Made by a program: the position numbers and the translations under genes | Shown: piece by piece, positions 47,327 through 57,280 of the stretch | Position numbering within the stretch: position 1 is the first letter of the stretch | Layout of the letters: each line of letters starts with the position of its first letter | From: Patescibacteria group bacterium | GTDB taxonomy: Bacteria; Patescibacteriota; Patescibacteriia; Magasanikbacterales; GWA2-37-8 | Assembly: GCA_022710645.1 (NCBI GenBank) | Contig: JAKLGL010000001.1 | Coordinates: 167,426-231,425, forward strand | Direction: 5' to 3' | DNA: 64,000 bases | Notes under the pieces: generated by a model | Told to the model about the DNA's origin: nothing | The model's input: the letters and a program-made list of their open reading frames with translations, nothing else | Database searches by the model: none

Positions 47327-48631
47327 TTATTCTTTTATCACTTTTATATCCGCTCCGACTTTATTCAAAACTTCATAAAGATTTTCATAACCGCGTTCAA
47401 TCATGTAAGTGTTGCGTAAAATAGATTTTCCCGGCGCAGCCATCATGCTGAGCAATAAAATAACCGCTACACGCAAAATAGATGGGCAAACCGCTTCGTT
47501 GGCAGTAAATTTAGTCGGACCTTCCACCCACACTCGATGCGGATCAAGCAAGGTCAATTTAGCGCCGATTTTTTGTAATTCCAAATAAGCTACGGCGCGA
47601 TTTTCATAAGGCCAATCATGTACCAATGTTCTGCCGGAAGCTTTGGCTAAAATCGGAACAAACAAAGGAAGATTATCAATATTTAACCCCGGAAAAGGAC
47701 GACATTCTATCTTATCAGGCAAAGCGACGAGTTTTGACGGAACAATTTCTATATCTACCACGTTAAATTTGCCGTTTTTTGATTTATATTTTCTTTTGAT
47801 ATTATATTTTTGTCCCATGCGTTCCAATTTACAAAGCTCCAATTCCAAAAAGTCAAGCGGACAATTTTTGATTATCAAATTGGAATCAGTGACAATGGCG
47901 GTAGCCAAATAAGTCATGGCCACAATCGGATCAGGCATGATGGAATAATCTTTTATTTCTTTTAATTTTTTTACACCTTCAATTTCCAAAGTTGTCGTGC
48001 CTACGCCTCTGATTTTGGCACCAGCGGAAATCAAGAAATAACAAAGATCAGCCACCATATAATTGGCGGAAGCCATCTTGATAGTAGTAATTCCTTTCGC
48101 AAAAACCGCGGCCATTACCGCGTTTTCCGTGGCTGTGTCGCCGGATTCATACATGACGATATCGGCAGAATGCAATGGCTTGTTGGTAACTTCGTAGTAA
48201 TGTTCAAAAGATTTAACATTCACACCTATTTTTTCCAAAGCGTATAAATGCGGACGAATAGTTCTCTCGCCCAATTTGCAACCGCCGGATTTATAAAGTT
48301 TGTATTTTTTCTCTCGATTAGCCAACGCACCCAAAAGCAAAAGCGAGGATCTGGTTTTTTCCGAAGCGTTTTTATCAATATTTTTCAAATTTAAACGCGC
48401 GCTGGAATCAAATTTATATTTTCCAATCGCAATTTTTTCTACTTTTACTCCGATACTTTTGAGAAGCTCTATGATTCTATAAACTTCTTCAATTTCAGGA
48501 ACATCGGATAATACGGTTTTACCTTTTATCATCGCAGTCGCGCATAAAATAGCCACAGCCGAATTCTTGGCTGTCTGGTTTTTTATTTCCCCGTGCAATT
48601 TTTTGCCGCCCTGAATAACTAAATAAGACAT
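47327..48631 (-). CDS. murA: UDP-N-acetylglucosamine 1-carboxyvinyltransferase
   Basis: start taken at MSYLVIQGGKKLHGEI; internal LGALANR...; the ORF-track N-terminal extension is probably not translated. Confidence 0.85.
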   Translation of the reverse strand: MSYLVIQGGKKLHGEIKNQTAKNSAVAILCATAMIKGKTVLSDVPEIEEVYRIIELLKSIGVKVEKIAIGKYKFDSSARLNLKNIDKNASEKTRSSLLLLGALANREKKYKLYKSGGCKLGERTIRPHLYALEKIGVNVKSFEHYYEVTNKPLHSADIVMYESGDTATENAVMAAVFAKGITTIKMASANYMVADLCYFLISAGAKIRGVGTTTLEIEGVKKLKEIKDYSIMPDPIVAMTYLATAIVTDSNLIIKNCPLDFLELELCKLERMGQKYNIKRKYKSKNGKFNVVDIEIVPSKLVALPDKIECRPFPGLNIDNLPLFVPILAKASGRTLVHDWPYENRAVAYLELQKIGAKLTLLDPHRVWVEGPTKFTANEAVCPSILRVAVILLLSMMAAPGKSILRNTYMIERGYENLYEVLNKVGADIKVIKE

Positions 48632-48713
48632 AATTTTAAATTGACTAAAGCCGATTTTTAAGCTATTGTATAGCATAAAGTATATTATAAAAAAAACATT
48701 TTGGCAAACTACT

Positions 48714-50057
48714 ATGGAATACCCCGGCACCAAGCTTATCAAACCTATCAGACGAGCTATTTTCGTCTTTTTTGTGGCACTTTTCTTAATACTATCCCCT
48801 GCCATAATCATGTATACCAGCGGTTATCGTTATGATTTTCAAAACGGCTTACTCAAAGAAACAGGATCTTTAAATATAGATGTTTTACCGTCAACCGCAG
48901 AGGTGTTTTTCAATAATATAAAAATAAAATCGGAAATACCCGTACGTCTTAACAATCTCACCCCGGGAAAATATACTGTTACTATAAAAAAAGAAGGTTA
49001 TTTTGATTGGTACAAAAATATCGAAATAAACAACAAAGAAACCGTTTATATAAAAGATGTCGTTCTTTTGAAGAAAAATTTACCAACACTTATTCATGAC
49101 GGCACAGTAGAAGAAATAGCCTTTTCCCCGGACGCTCAATATCTCGTCTATTCCATCAAAAAGAACGATCGCAAAGAAATTTGGCAGAAAAAAACAACCG
49201 ATGATACCGAAGCGATGATAGTCGAATTTACAAATACCGACCCTTTGCAATTGATTTTTTCTCCCAATAATAATTTTTATGCGATTTCAAAAAAGCAATC
49301 TCCTTATACTCAAGTATTGATAATCAACCCTGAAAGGCCGGAAAAAATTTCAGACTTGGCAAAATCTTCGAAAATACCGATAACAAAATACCAGTGGAAA
49401 GAAACCTTATCTCCGGAAATATATTATTCCACAGAAAAACAACTTATGACCTTTTTTCCGGATAACGGAAACCAAACATTTATCACAAAAAACACCTTTA
49501 CCGATTGGTTTATGGAAAACGGGCAACTTTGGATATTGACCGATAATACCTCTACAAAAAAAGCTGAACTGATAAAAGATTATTTGGGATTTAATAATCT
49601 CTTTTCTGAAGATTTCGAAACTTCCGCCGATTTTTGGCAAATTTTAACCGCCAAAGATGGCGTGGTCTTGATTAAGAAAAAAAATCAACCGGAAATGACT
49701 CTTTTTTCCAATAATAAAAAATATGCCATAGCCGGGGAAAAATATCTTTTTTCCAAATATAATAATTGGTTTATTTCTTGGACTCCTTGGGAAATTTGGA
49801 CTCGTGCGCAAAATGAAGAACCGGTTTTGTTAAACCGTTCGGGATTACAACTTCAGGAAATTATTCCTTTGGATAAATACAATACTTTGGGCTTAATTTG
49901 GGCGGAGAACACTTCGGTTTTATTTCCCTATTATCTAGTTTCTCACGATTTAATAGACCAAAAAATAAATACGGCGGTTTCCGATAGCGATAAACGTATT
50001 CTTTATTTCGGAGGAAAATATAATGACAAAGAAGGGTTGTGGAAACTTGAATACTAA
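48714..50057 (+). CDS. membrane-anchored PEGA-domain protein with a C-terminal beta-rich domain
   Basis: TM, then PGKYTVTIKKEGYFDW (PEGA-like); start probably at MEYPGTKL. Confidence 0.6.
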   Translation: MEYPGTKLIKPIRRAIFVFFVALFLILSPAIIMYTSGYRYDFQNGLLKETGSLNIDVLPSTAEVFFNNIKIKSEIPVRLNNLTPGKYTVTIKKEGYFDWYKNIEINNKETVYIKDVVLLKKNLPTLIHDGTVEEIAFSPDAQYLVYSIKKNDRKEIWQKKTTDDTEAMIVEFTNTDPLQLIFSPNNNFYAISKKQSPYTQVLIINPERPEKISDLAKSSKIPITKYQWKETLSPEIYYSTEKQLMTFFPDNGNQTFITKNTFTDWFMENGQLWILTDNTSTKKAELIKDYLGFNNLFSEDFETSADFWQILTAKDGVVLIKKKNQPEMTLFSNNKKYAIAGEKYLFSKYNNWFISWTPWEIWTRAQNEEPVLLNRSGLQLQEIIPLDKYNTLGLIWAENTSVLFPYYLVSHDLIDQKINTAVSDSDKRILYFGGKYNDKEGLWKLEY

Positions 50058-50080
50058 CAAAATAATTTAAAAAATCAACT

Positions 50081-50491
50081 ATGAAATTAACTATTTATTC
50101 CGACGGTGGGGCGCGAGGTAATCCCGGTCCGGCTGCCGCAGGCATAGTAATCAAAGATGAAACCGGAAAAAATCTCGACGCTTTTGGAGAATACCTCGGA
50201 GAGCAAACAAATAACTTCGCCGAATACAGCGCCCTCATTGCCGGACTCAAGCGGGCGTATGAACTTGGTGGTACGGAAATAGAATGTATTTTGGATAGCG
50301 ATCTTATTGTCAACCAAATGAAAGGTCTTTTCAAAGTCAAAGAACCGACTTTGCAAAAACTTTTTATTCAAGCTTATAATAGCGCGTCTAAATTCAGAAA
50401 AGTCTCTTATCGCCACACTCCTCGAGAAAATAATAAAGAAGCAGACAGATTGGTCAATGAAACTTTGGATAAACAAGCGATATTAAAATAA
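50081..50491 (+). CDS. rnhA: ribonuclease H (type 1)
   Basis: YSDGGARGNPGPAAAGIVI...NNFAEYSALIAGL...DSDLIVNQ. Confidence 0.9.
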   Translation: MKLTIYSDGGARGNPGPAAAGIVIKDETGKNLDAFGEYLGEQTNNFAEYSALIAGLKRAYELGGTEIECILDSDLIVNQMKGLFKVKEPTLQKLFIQAYNSASKFRKVSYRHTPRENNKEADRLVNETLDKQAILK

Positions 50492-50526
50492 AAAAACACC
50501 CCGACTTTTAGGGGTGTTTTTTTTAT

Positions 50527-51162
50527 TTAATTTATTCTTTGCCTTTCTCTGTTTTGTAAATCTTTTTGTGTTTTTTCTTGGACTTTTTGTTCTATTTCTT
50601 GCTTTTTATTCTCAAATCTCTTTTGTTTTTCTTCCAACTTTGTCTTGCGCTCTTGTAAGCGTTGTTCAATTTGCGGTTTTAAATTCTTATCTTTCAGTTC
50701 TTGGTTTTGTAATTTGGTATTTATTTGATCAAGCTTCTCCCCTATCTTTTCTATTTGCATTTCTAAATTTTCTCTAATTTTATTTTTCTCTTCTACCCTT
50801 TTCTTTTCCGCTTCACGTCTTTGCAGCTGTTTCAAATAAAATTTTGCTTGCGCTTCCGGAGTACGTTTGGTTTTTTCTTCTATCTTCTCAAGCGTATTTT
50901 TTACCGGATACAAAACAGATCCTTCTGTTACTTCCGGACTGTAATAAGCATAAGCTCCGGTACCAAAACTTCCAGTCAAAAGTAAAACAATCATCCCTAC
51001 AATCGTAAATTTAAAAATCTTGGTTTGAAACCAAAAAATCTTAGTTTGGTATTTATCCGCCAAAACAACTTCCAATTTCTTTTGTAATTTACGTTTAAAA
51101 ACATGACTCGGTGTGGCAAATCTTTTAGTCTTCCATAAATTGTATCTGGTTTTCAAATTCAT
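50527..51162 (-). CDS. membrane-anchored coiled-coil protein, putative anti-sigma factor
   Basis: overlaps the ECF sigma gene stop by 4 nt (ATGA); one TM; no recognised domain. Confidence 0.5.
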   Translation of the reverse strand: MNLKTRYNLWKTKRFATPSHVFKRKLQKKLEVVLADKYQTKIFWFQTKIFKFTIVGMIVLLLTGSFGTGAYAYYSPEVTEGSVLYPVKNTLEKIEEKTKRTPEAQAKFYLKQLQRREAEKKRVEEKNKIRENLEMQIEKIGEKLDQINTKLQNQELKDKNLKPQIEQRLQERKTKLEEKQKRFENKKQEIEQKVQEKTQKDLQNRERQRIN

Positions 51163-51671
51163 AATCTTATTTTTTTCAAAGCGCGATGGGCAGCCACTTT
51201 TATCGCAGTTTCACTCATTCCGCGCATTTGAGCTATTTCTAAGTAATTATACCCGAAAAGATAGTGTAAAGTTACAATTTCACGGTCGTTTTCGTTTAAT
51301 TGGGCTAATTTTTCCGTAATCTCACGAGTTAAACCGGCTTTAATAAAATTTTCTTTGGCACTATCAAACAATATTCTGTCGACTTTATTAGAATTTTCAT
51401 CATCTTCCATAACCGATTCCAAAGAAATTTCGTGTTTATTTTTTTTATAAAAATCAACCAAACAATTTTTGGCAATTGTCATGAGCCAAGCACTCTCACT
51501 CTTGGAGCTGTCATAACTATCAAAATACTCCAAAGCTCTCAAAAATATTTCCGAGGTCAAATCTTCCGCTATTTCACGATTATTACCTACGCGAAAAAAG
51601 ACAAAACGATAAACTTTATCCATTTGTGCATTATACATCTTTTCAAATAATATTCTTTGTTTTTTTTCCAT
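51159..51671 (-). CDS. ECF-type RNA polymerase sigma-70 factor
   Basis: sigma region 2 (DLTSEIFLRALEYF) and region 4 (REIVTLHYLFGYNYLEIAQMRGMSETAIKVAAHRALKKIR). Confidence 0.85.
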   Translation of the reverse strand: MEKKQRILFEKMYNAQMDKVYRFVFFRVGNNREIAEDLTSEIFLRALEYFDSYDSSKSESAWLMTIAKNCLVDFYKKNKHEISLESVMEDDENSNKVDRILFDSAKENFIKAGLTREITEKLAQLNENDREIVTLHYLFGYNYLEIAQMRGMSETAIKVAAHRALKKIRL

Positions 51672-52010
51672 ACGTATTCAGTATATATATACTCCGTTTT
51701 TTAGTCAAAAGTTACAAAAAATTCGATTATCAACAGCCAGACAGGTTGACATATCGTCTTAAGGCTGTTAAACTTTTTTAGTCGGCTACCACTAGTCGTC
51801 AGTTATTCTTAAATTTAACGACTATGTTCGTAAATTTTGACGAGGAAAACAACACTGTTGTTTCCGAAGAAACCAACCCGGAAGTAGAAGCTCCTACTAC
51901 CGAAGAAATTCCTGTTGAAGAAGCCTCAGCCGAAGACACTTCAACCGAAGAAGCTCCTCAAGCTTAATAATCTCAAATTAAAAACCGCTCAATTGAGCGG
52001 TTTTTAATTA

Positions 52011-52195
52011 TGCAGGGAGTGCAGGAATACTCACGTCGTCCCCGCCTAAACGGGTCCTCCTTGGAAAACCTTCTGGTTTTCCAATACCTTTCCTCCAAAA
52101 AGAGAAACCTTTGTCGGTTTCTCCCTTCCCTATTCGATTCCTACATACTCCAAAATAAATTAAAATCCACCCATTTGGGGTGGATTTTAATTTAG
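52011..52195 (-). repeat. tRNA-Trp 3'-flank insert: hairpin, ~165-nt sequence of unknown function, 17-nt direct repeat of the tRNA-Trp 3' end, terminator hairpin
   Basis: gcagggagtgcaggaat occurs at 52011-52027 and at 52195-52211, the latter inside the tRNA. Confidence 0.75.
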
Positions 52196-52266
52196 CAGGG
52201 AGTGCAGGAATCGAACCCGCGCTAAAGGTTTTGGAGACCCTTGTACTACCATTATACGAACTCCCT
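52196..52266 (-). tRNA. tRNA-Trp (anticodon CCA)
   Basis: reverse complement AGGGAGTTCGTATAATGGTAGTACAAGGGTCTCCAAAACCTTTAGCGCGGGTTCGATTCCTGCACTCCCTG folds as a cloverleaf. Confidence 0.75.
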
Positions 52267-52305
52267 ATTTTTTAAAGGACAGACCAAAGATCTGTCCTTT
52301 AAAAT

Positions 52306-52470
52306 TTATTTGGTTTCTTTATGTACGGTGTGTTTTTTGCAATGCAAGCAATGTTTTTTCATTTCCAATCTATTTTTCAATGTTTTTTTGTTTTTATTGG
52401 AAAAATAATTGGTGCGCTTACATTCCGTGCATTCCAATTTAATCATGTTGTCGGCATTTTTTGACGGCAT
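52306..52470 (-). CDS. rpmG: 50S ribosomal protein L33
   Basis: [54 protein letters not shown] (Zn-ribbon L33); terminator hairpin at 52270-52305; absent from the ORF track because shorter than 60 aa. Confidence 0.8.
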   Translation of the reverse strand: MPSKNADNMIKLECTECKRTNYFSNKNKKTLKNRLEMKKHCLHCKKHTVHKETK

Positions 52471-52502
52471 ACAAATATAAATTATTTTTTAAATTAACTC
52501 GG

Positions 52503-52614
52503 AGCCGTTGAGCGGATTTGAACCGCTGACCACCTCCTTACTCCCAAGCACTAGACCATCCGGGTCAGTGCGGGACTTCCGCATGGAGGTGCGGCATTTA
52601 CCCCTCATCATTTG
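52503..52614 (-). repeat. duplicated 3' half (~38 nt) of tRNA-Thr(GGT) plus a ~74-nt spacer; does not fold as a tRNA
   Basis: gagccgttgagcggatttgaaccgctgaccacctcctta occurs at 52503-52541 and again as the 3' half of the intact tRNA at 52614-52652. Confidence 0.75.
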
Positions 52615-52687
52615 AGCCGTTGAGCGGATTTGAACCGCTGACCACCTCCTTACCATGGAGGTGCTCTACCAACTGAGCTACAACGGC
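52615..52687 (-). tRNA. tRNA-Thr (anticodon GGT)
   Basis: reverse complement GCCGTTGTAGCTCAGTTGGTAGAGCACCTCCATGGTAAGGAGGTGGTCAGCGGTTCAAATCCGCTCAACGGCT; perfect cloverleaf. Confidence 0.8.
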
Positions 52688-52763
52688 ACAAATGGTGAGG
52701 GGCCAACTAAATTTTATTTCCTGTAACAATATTGCTACCGGGGTTACAACGGCACATATAACC

Positions 52764-52837
52764 GAGCCGTCTAAGGGACTCGAACCCATGACATGCTGTT
52801 TACAAAACAGCTGCTCTACCAACTGAGCTAAGACGGC
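52764..52837 (-). tRNA. tRNA-Thr (anticodon TGT)
   Basis: reverse complement GCCGTCTTAGCTCAGTTGGTAGAGCAGCTGTTTTGTAAACAGC...GGGTTCGAGTCCCTTAGACGGCT. Confidence 0.75.
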
Positions 52838-52846
52838 ATTTGGGTG

Positions 52847-52928
52847 TGGGTGGGGAAGGTTTCGAACCTTCGAAGGCGGAGCCAGCAGATTTACAGTCTG
52901 CCCCATTTGACCACTTTGGTACCCACCC
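52847..52928 (-). tRNA. tRNA-Tyr (anticodon GTA), long variable arm
   Basis: reverse complement GGGTGGGTACCAAAGTGGTCAAATGGGGCAGACTGTAAATCTGC + long V-arm + GAAGGTTCGAAACCTTCCCCACCCA. Confidence 0.8.
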
Positions 52929-52934
52929 AAAAAA

Positions 52935-53837
52935 TTAAGATAACTTGTCAATACGTTCTCTAAAATCGGAAAGTTTATTATTTTCCGGATTTACAATCCG
53001 TAAATCTTCCCAACCTTTTTCCGCTAACAACTTATCGCCACATATTATAGCAGTTTCTATCAATAAGTCAAGATACTTTGGATTCTTCGATTCCAAAGCG
53101 CAAGCTTCTACTATTGCTTCCTTTGCAACTTCATTCTGATTGATCTTTAAAAGTAACTCGGCCAAATGAAAAAACCTCGGTGAAAGCGAATCTCCTATCA
53201 CTGCAGCCTGTTGATAATAATTTATAGCTTCATCCAATTTGTTTTGTGTTTCTTTAATTTCACCCAACTTCATCAAAACATTATCATCATCTTTGTTTAG
53301 AGTTAATAAAAATTCATAAGTTTCCGCAGCTTCATTATACGATTTTTTGGCCAAATAAGTATCAGCCAAACCTCGATATATTGTCGGGGATTTCGGATCC
53401 AATCTCAAGGCGGCGATAAAAAATTCCTCGGCCTTATCATAATTTTGTACGGTAAAAAAATTTTCCGCTTCTTTTATCAAACCTTTCAACTTGTTATCTT
53501 TCTCTTCTTGAGTCATTTCTCTATCTTTTTCTTTAGTACGTACAGATTCTTCATAACGCCATAATTTCTCTATTCTATGTACCAACAACCTAAATCTATC
53601 CTGTAAAAAAACCCATGCATTTTTCAAGAAATAAAGCTTTTCAACTATTTTTTTACCCAACTCTTTACCTTTATTTTCCAAACGATTTATAACAATTTCT
53701 TTTTTCTTTTTCTGTTCCAATTCTTCCGGTAAATTATTTACATCCAAATTGGCCAGACTGGGAATTTTCGGCAAAACAATATAGACTATTATAGCTAAAC
53801 TAATTAAAATTATGGCTAAAAAAATAAAATTATACAT
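52935..53837 (-). CDS. membrane-anchored tetratricopeptide-repeat protein
   Basis: N-terminal TM, then TPR-like repeats (AEEFFIAALRLDPKS, YRGLADTYLAKKSYNEAAETYEFLL). Confidence 0.7.
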   Translation of the reverse strand: MYNFIFLAIILISLAIIVYIVLPKIPSLANLDVNNLPEELEQKKKKEIVINRLENKGKELGKKIVEKLYFLKNAWVFLQDRFRLLVHRIEKLWRYEESVRTKEKDREMTQEEKDNKLKGLIKEAENFFTVQNYDKAEEFFIAALRLDPKSPTIYRGLADTYLAKKSYNEAAETYEFLLTLNKDDDNVLMKLGEIKETQNKLDEAINYYQQAAVIGDSLSPRFFHLAELLLKINQNEVAKEAIVEACALESKNPKYLDLLIETAIICGDKLLAEKGWEDLRIVNPENNKLSDFRERIDKLS

Positions 53838-54609
53838 ATTTTTTTGAAATTTTTTCCGCTATTGCCAATATTTTTAACCAACTATCCATTTTAGCGGAAG
53901 CTCCACCGACTAAAACTCCGTCTATGTCTTTTTCTTTCAAATAATTTTCGGCGTTTTCCGGAGAAACACTTCCACCGTAAAGAACTGACAAAGATTGTCC
54001 CGGTAATAATTCTTTTACGATAGCTTTTATTCTTTCGTGTTGACTTTGAGCTTCTTTAGCATCGCACGCATTGCCGGTACCTATAGCCCAAACAGGTTCA
54101 TAAGCTATGATAATCTCTCTTTTTTCATCCCAATTAACACCATCATAAGCGGATCTCAATTGAGCTTCGATAATTTCTTCGGTTTTCCCATCATCTCTTT
54201 CTTTTTGCGTTTCTCCAACGCAAAGTACCGGAACCAATTTGGTATTATTTATAACATTTTCCATTTTCATTCTAACATCATGATTACTTTCTTTGAATTG
54301 ATGACGACGTTCGCTATGTCCTATCAATGCAAAACGACATCCGATATTTTGCGCCATTGAAAATGATATTTCTCCGGTATAACCGCCTTTATCAACCCAA
54401 TAACCGTTTTGTATACCTGTATCGATATTTAAATCTCTTAACACTTGGGTTACCGTTTGCAAAGCCAGAGCGCTCGGAAATACGGTCATTTCATAACTTC
54501 TTGATTTATTTTTCAATTCTTCCGCCAAACCGTTGGCTAAAATATTGCTTTCATCAAAATCAAGATACATTTTCCAGTTGGCAAAAAAATAAAATTTCTT
54601 TTCAGTCAT
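53830..54609 (-). CDS. tpiA: triosephosphate isomerase
   Basis: FFANWKM, IGHSERR, AYEPVWAIGTG, VLYGGSV. Confidence 0.9.
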   Translation of the reverse strand: MTEKKFYFFANWKMYLDFDESNILANGLAEELKNKSRSYEMTVFPSALALQTVTQVLRDLNIDTGIQNGYWVDKGGYTGEISFSMAQNIGCRFALIGHSERRHQFKESNHDVRMKMENVINNTKLVPVLCVGETQKERDDGKTEEIIEAQLRSAYDGVNWDEKREIIIAYEPVWAIGTGNACDAKEAQSQHERIKAIVKELLPGQSLSVLYGGSVSPENAENYLKEKDIDGVLVGGASAKMDSWLKILAIAEKISKKYV

Positions 54610-54613
54610 ATTT

Positions 54614-55897
54614 TTATTTTAAAATTTTAATTATTTCTTCTTTTTTAATTGGTCCGATAGCCGCCAAACGCAATCTGTCTTTTTTAAAAAGATCTTGCGC
54701 CAATTTTTGAATCTGAGCGGCGGTAACGGATTTAATATTTTTGGAAATAATTTCGTAAGTTTCTATTTTTTTACCGAGCATCACGTCTCCGGCTCCGCGA
54801 AGAGCAACCGTTTTACTGTTTTCCAAAGATAAAGCCAGAGATCCTATCAAGTGTGTTTTGGCTTCTTGAAGCTCATCCTGTCCGACTGGCTTATTTTTGA
54901 TTTTTTCAATTTCAGCAAGTATGGTTTTGAGAGCTTCTTCCAAGCGTTTGGTATCCAAACCCGTACGTATGTAAACGGCTCCGGTATCGCGTAAAAAATC
55001 AAAATCAGCCCTAATTCCATAAGCTAAACCTCTTTTCTCTCTTATTTCCGTAAACAGACGAGAACTCATGCCTCCACCCAAAATATGCGCCAAAATTTCC
55101 AAAGCATAACGACGTTTATCATAATAATTCAAACCGGGAAAACCCAACAAAACATTTGTTTGGTCTATTTTTCTATTTTGTATAGAAATTCTTTTGGATA
55201 AAGAAATTTTTTTCAAAGGATTAACTTTTTGAAAATTATTCTTTTTAAACCATTTTTTAACTTCATTTTTTACATTACCTCCAAAATATTTTTCCATTCT
55301 TTCGTGCAAATCTTTACCAAAATTTCCAGCCACACCGATAAAAGCGTTTTCCGGAACATAACTGCCGCGATAATAATTCCATAAATCTTCTCTGGTAAGA
55401 TCCTTTAAGGATTTATTAGTACCCACAATATCGCGACCTAAATCGTTTTTACCGTACATTACTTCTTCAAACAAAGAATCCACGTGCATACGAGGATTAT
55501 CCTCATACATTTTTTTTTCTTCAAAAATAACTCCTTTTTCTTTTTGTACTTCTTCTTTTTCTATTTTGGAGTTAAAAACCATATCAGAAAGCAGATCCAA
55601 AGCCAAATTTATTTTTTTACCGTCTATTTTTATATAATATACAGTACTGTCTTTACCGGTAAAAGCGTTGAATTCCGCGCCTTGGGCCTCCAGTTCACGA
55701 GAAATTTCCAAATGAGTCGGTCTTTTTTGCGTACCTTTAAAAAGCATGTGTTCCACAAAATGAGAAACACCGGCTATTTTATCGTTTTCATAACGGGAAC
55801 CGACCGGAAAGGCCACCATCACTGTTACCGCCTTAGTTCCTTTGATAGGCGCTTTTATCAAGGTGGCTCCGTTTTTTAATTTGGAAACCGTAAACAT
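54614..55897 (-). CDS. M16-family zinc peptidase (insulinase-like)
   Basis: inverted zinc motif HFVEHMLFKGT plus a downstream E. Confidence 0.85.
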   Translation of the reverse strand: MFTVSKLKNGATLIKAPIKGTKAVTVMVAFPVGSRYENDKIAGVSHFVEHMLFKGTQKRPTHLEISRELEAQGAEFNAFTGKDSTVYYIKIDGKKINLALDLLSDMVFNSKIEKEEVQKEKGVIFEEKKMYEDNPRMHVDSLFEEVMYGKNDLGRDIVGTNKSLKDLTREDLWNYYRGSYVPENAFIGVAGNFGKDLHERMEKYFGGNVKNEVKKWFKKNNFQKVNPLKKISLSKRISIQNRKIDQTNVLLGFPGLNYYDKRRYALEILAHILGGGMSSRLFTEIREKRGLAYGIRADFDFLRDTGAVYIRTGLDTKRLEEALKTILAEIEKIKNKPVGQDELQEAKTHLIGSLALSLENSKTVALRGAGDVMLGKKIETYEIISKNIKSVTAAQIQKLAQDLFKKDRLRLAAIGPIKKEEIIKILK

Positions 55898-55899
55898 AA

Positions 55900-57258
55900 T
55901 TATTTCAATTTATCTGCCAAATATTCTTTTAATTTGGTTATCTCTATCCTCTCTTGTTGCATAGTGTCTCTATCTCTCACTGTAACTTTTTTATCTTCCA
56001 AACTGTCAAAATCTACAGTCACGCAATAAGGTGTGCCGATTTCATCTTGTCGGCGATAGCGTTTACCGATACTTTGCGTTTCATCGTAATCAACTTGAAA
56101 ATTTTTGCGTAAATCACCGGCGATTTGTTTGGCAAACGAACTTAGTTCTTCTTTTTTGGAAAGTGGCAAAACCGCCACTTTGATAGGTGCCAAATGTTTC
56201 GGAAATTTCAAAACCACTCTGGCTTCCGTTTCGCCTTCATCCGCAGTCGGCGCTTCCTCTTCGGTATAAGCTTCAAGCAAAGAAACCAATAACATACGAT
56301 CAATACCGAAAGTCGGTTCAATGACGTGTGGTAAAAATTTTTCATTGGTCTCCGGATCGGTATAATGTAAATCTTGTCCGGAAACTTTTTCATGACGGCT
56401 AAGATCAAAATCCGTACGATAAGCTATACCGTGCAATTCTCCCAAACCGAACGGATAATTGTATTCTATATCCACCGTTCTTTTACTGTAATGAGCTCTG
56501 TCACCTTCTTCTATTTCGTGCCATACCAGATTTTCCATATTGACACACATCACATCTTTCCACCAACGTTTTATTTCAGACAACCACATTTCAAAAGTTT
56601 TTTCCCAATCTTTGGGGTTGATGAAATATTCAAATTCGCCTATTTCAAATTCGCGAGTTCGAAAAATAAAATTACCCGGAGTTATCTCATTGCGAAAATT
56701 TTTACCTATTTGGGCGATACCGAAAGGTAAACGTCGACGTGTAGTTTGTTGTACGTTTTTAAAATTAACAAACATACCTCCGGCGGTTTCCGGACGCAAA
56801 TAAGCAACAGTGGTGGAATCTTCGGTAGTGCCTAAAAAGGTTTTGAACATCAAATTAAAACTTTTCGGCGCGGTAAATTCTCCGTTACAATCCGGGCATC
56901 TGACATCTTTGATGCTGCGAATTTTTTCTTTATCATAACCCGGCTTGGCGCTAATCGCCGCCAAAAGATGATCAGTACGAAAACGACGATGGCAACTTTT
57001 ACATTCTACCAATTCATCGCTAAAATTTTGCAAATGTCCGGAAGCTTCCCATACTTTCGGATTCATAATAATAGCGGTATCCAAAGGCACCATATCTTCG
57101 CGTTCTTGCACAAAAAATTTCCACCAAGCATTTTTGATATTTTGTTTGAGAAGATGTCCGAGCGGACCGTAATCCCAACTATTGGCCAATCCTCCGTAGA
57201 TTTCACTGCCCGGAAAAATAAATCCGCGACGTTTACAAAGAGAAACCACTTTTTCCAT
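55900..57258 (-). CDS. glyQS: glycine--tRNA ligase (alpha2 type)
   Basis: MEKVVSLCKRRGFIFPGSEIYGGLANSWDYGPLG; start chosen at MEKVV, but the ORF continues upstream to 57288, so the start is uncertain. Confidence 0.85.
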   Translation of the reverse strand: MEKVVSLCKRRGFIFPGSEIYGGLANSWDYGPLGHLLKQNIKNAWWKFFVQEREDMVPLDTAIIMNPKVWEASGHLQNFSDELVECKSCHRRFRTDHLLAAISAKPGYDKEKIRSIKDVRCPDCNGEFTAPKSFNLMFKTFLGTTEDSTTVAYLRPETAGGMFVNFKNVQQTTRRRLPFGIAQIGKNFRNEITPGNFIFRTREFEIGEFEYFINPKDWEKTFEMWLSEIKRWWKDVMCVNMENLVWHEIEEGDRAHYSKRTVDIEYNYPFGLGELHGIAYRTDFDLSRHEKVSGQDLHYTDPETNEKFLPHVIEPTFGIDRMLLVSLLEAYTEEEAPTADEGETEARVVLKFPKHLAPIKVAVLPLSKKEELSSFAKQIAGDLRKNFQVDYDETQSIGKRYRRQDEIGTPYCVTVDFDSLEDKKVTVRDRDTMQQERIEITKLKEYLADKLK

Positions 57259-57280
57259 CAAATCATTTTGCTGCATAATT

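Noticed and set aside
51824-51968. 48-aa acidic ORF (MFVNFDEENNTVVSEETNPEVEAPTTEEIPVEEASAEDTSTEEAPQA) upstream of the tRNA-Trp region
   Set aside because: It has no recognisable RBS and a low-complexity E/T/P-rich product. It could be real, but the sequence alone does not support it.
52010-52195. plus-strand 61-aa ORF inside the tRNA-Trp flank insert
   Set aside because: It has no RBS, and starts and ends inside the duplicated tRNA 3'-end repeats. It is most likely non-coding insert DNA.
52598-52951. minus-strand 117-aa ORF
   Set aside because: It lies entirely over three tRNA genes (Thr, Thr, Tyr) and reads through their conserved stems. It is an artefact of the GC-rich tRNA sequence.
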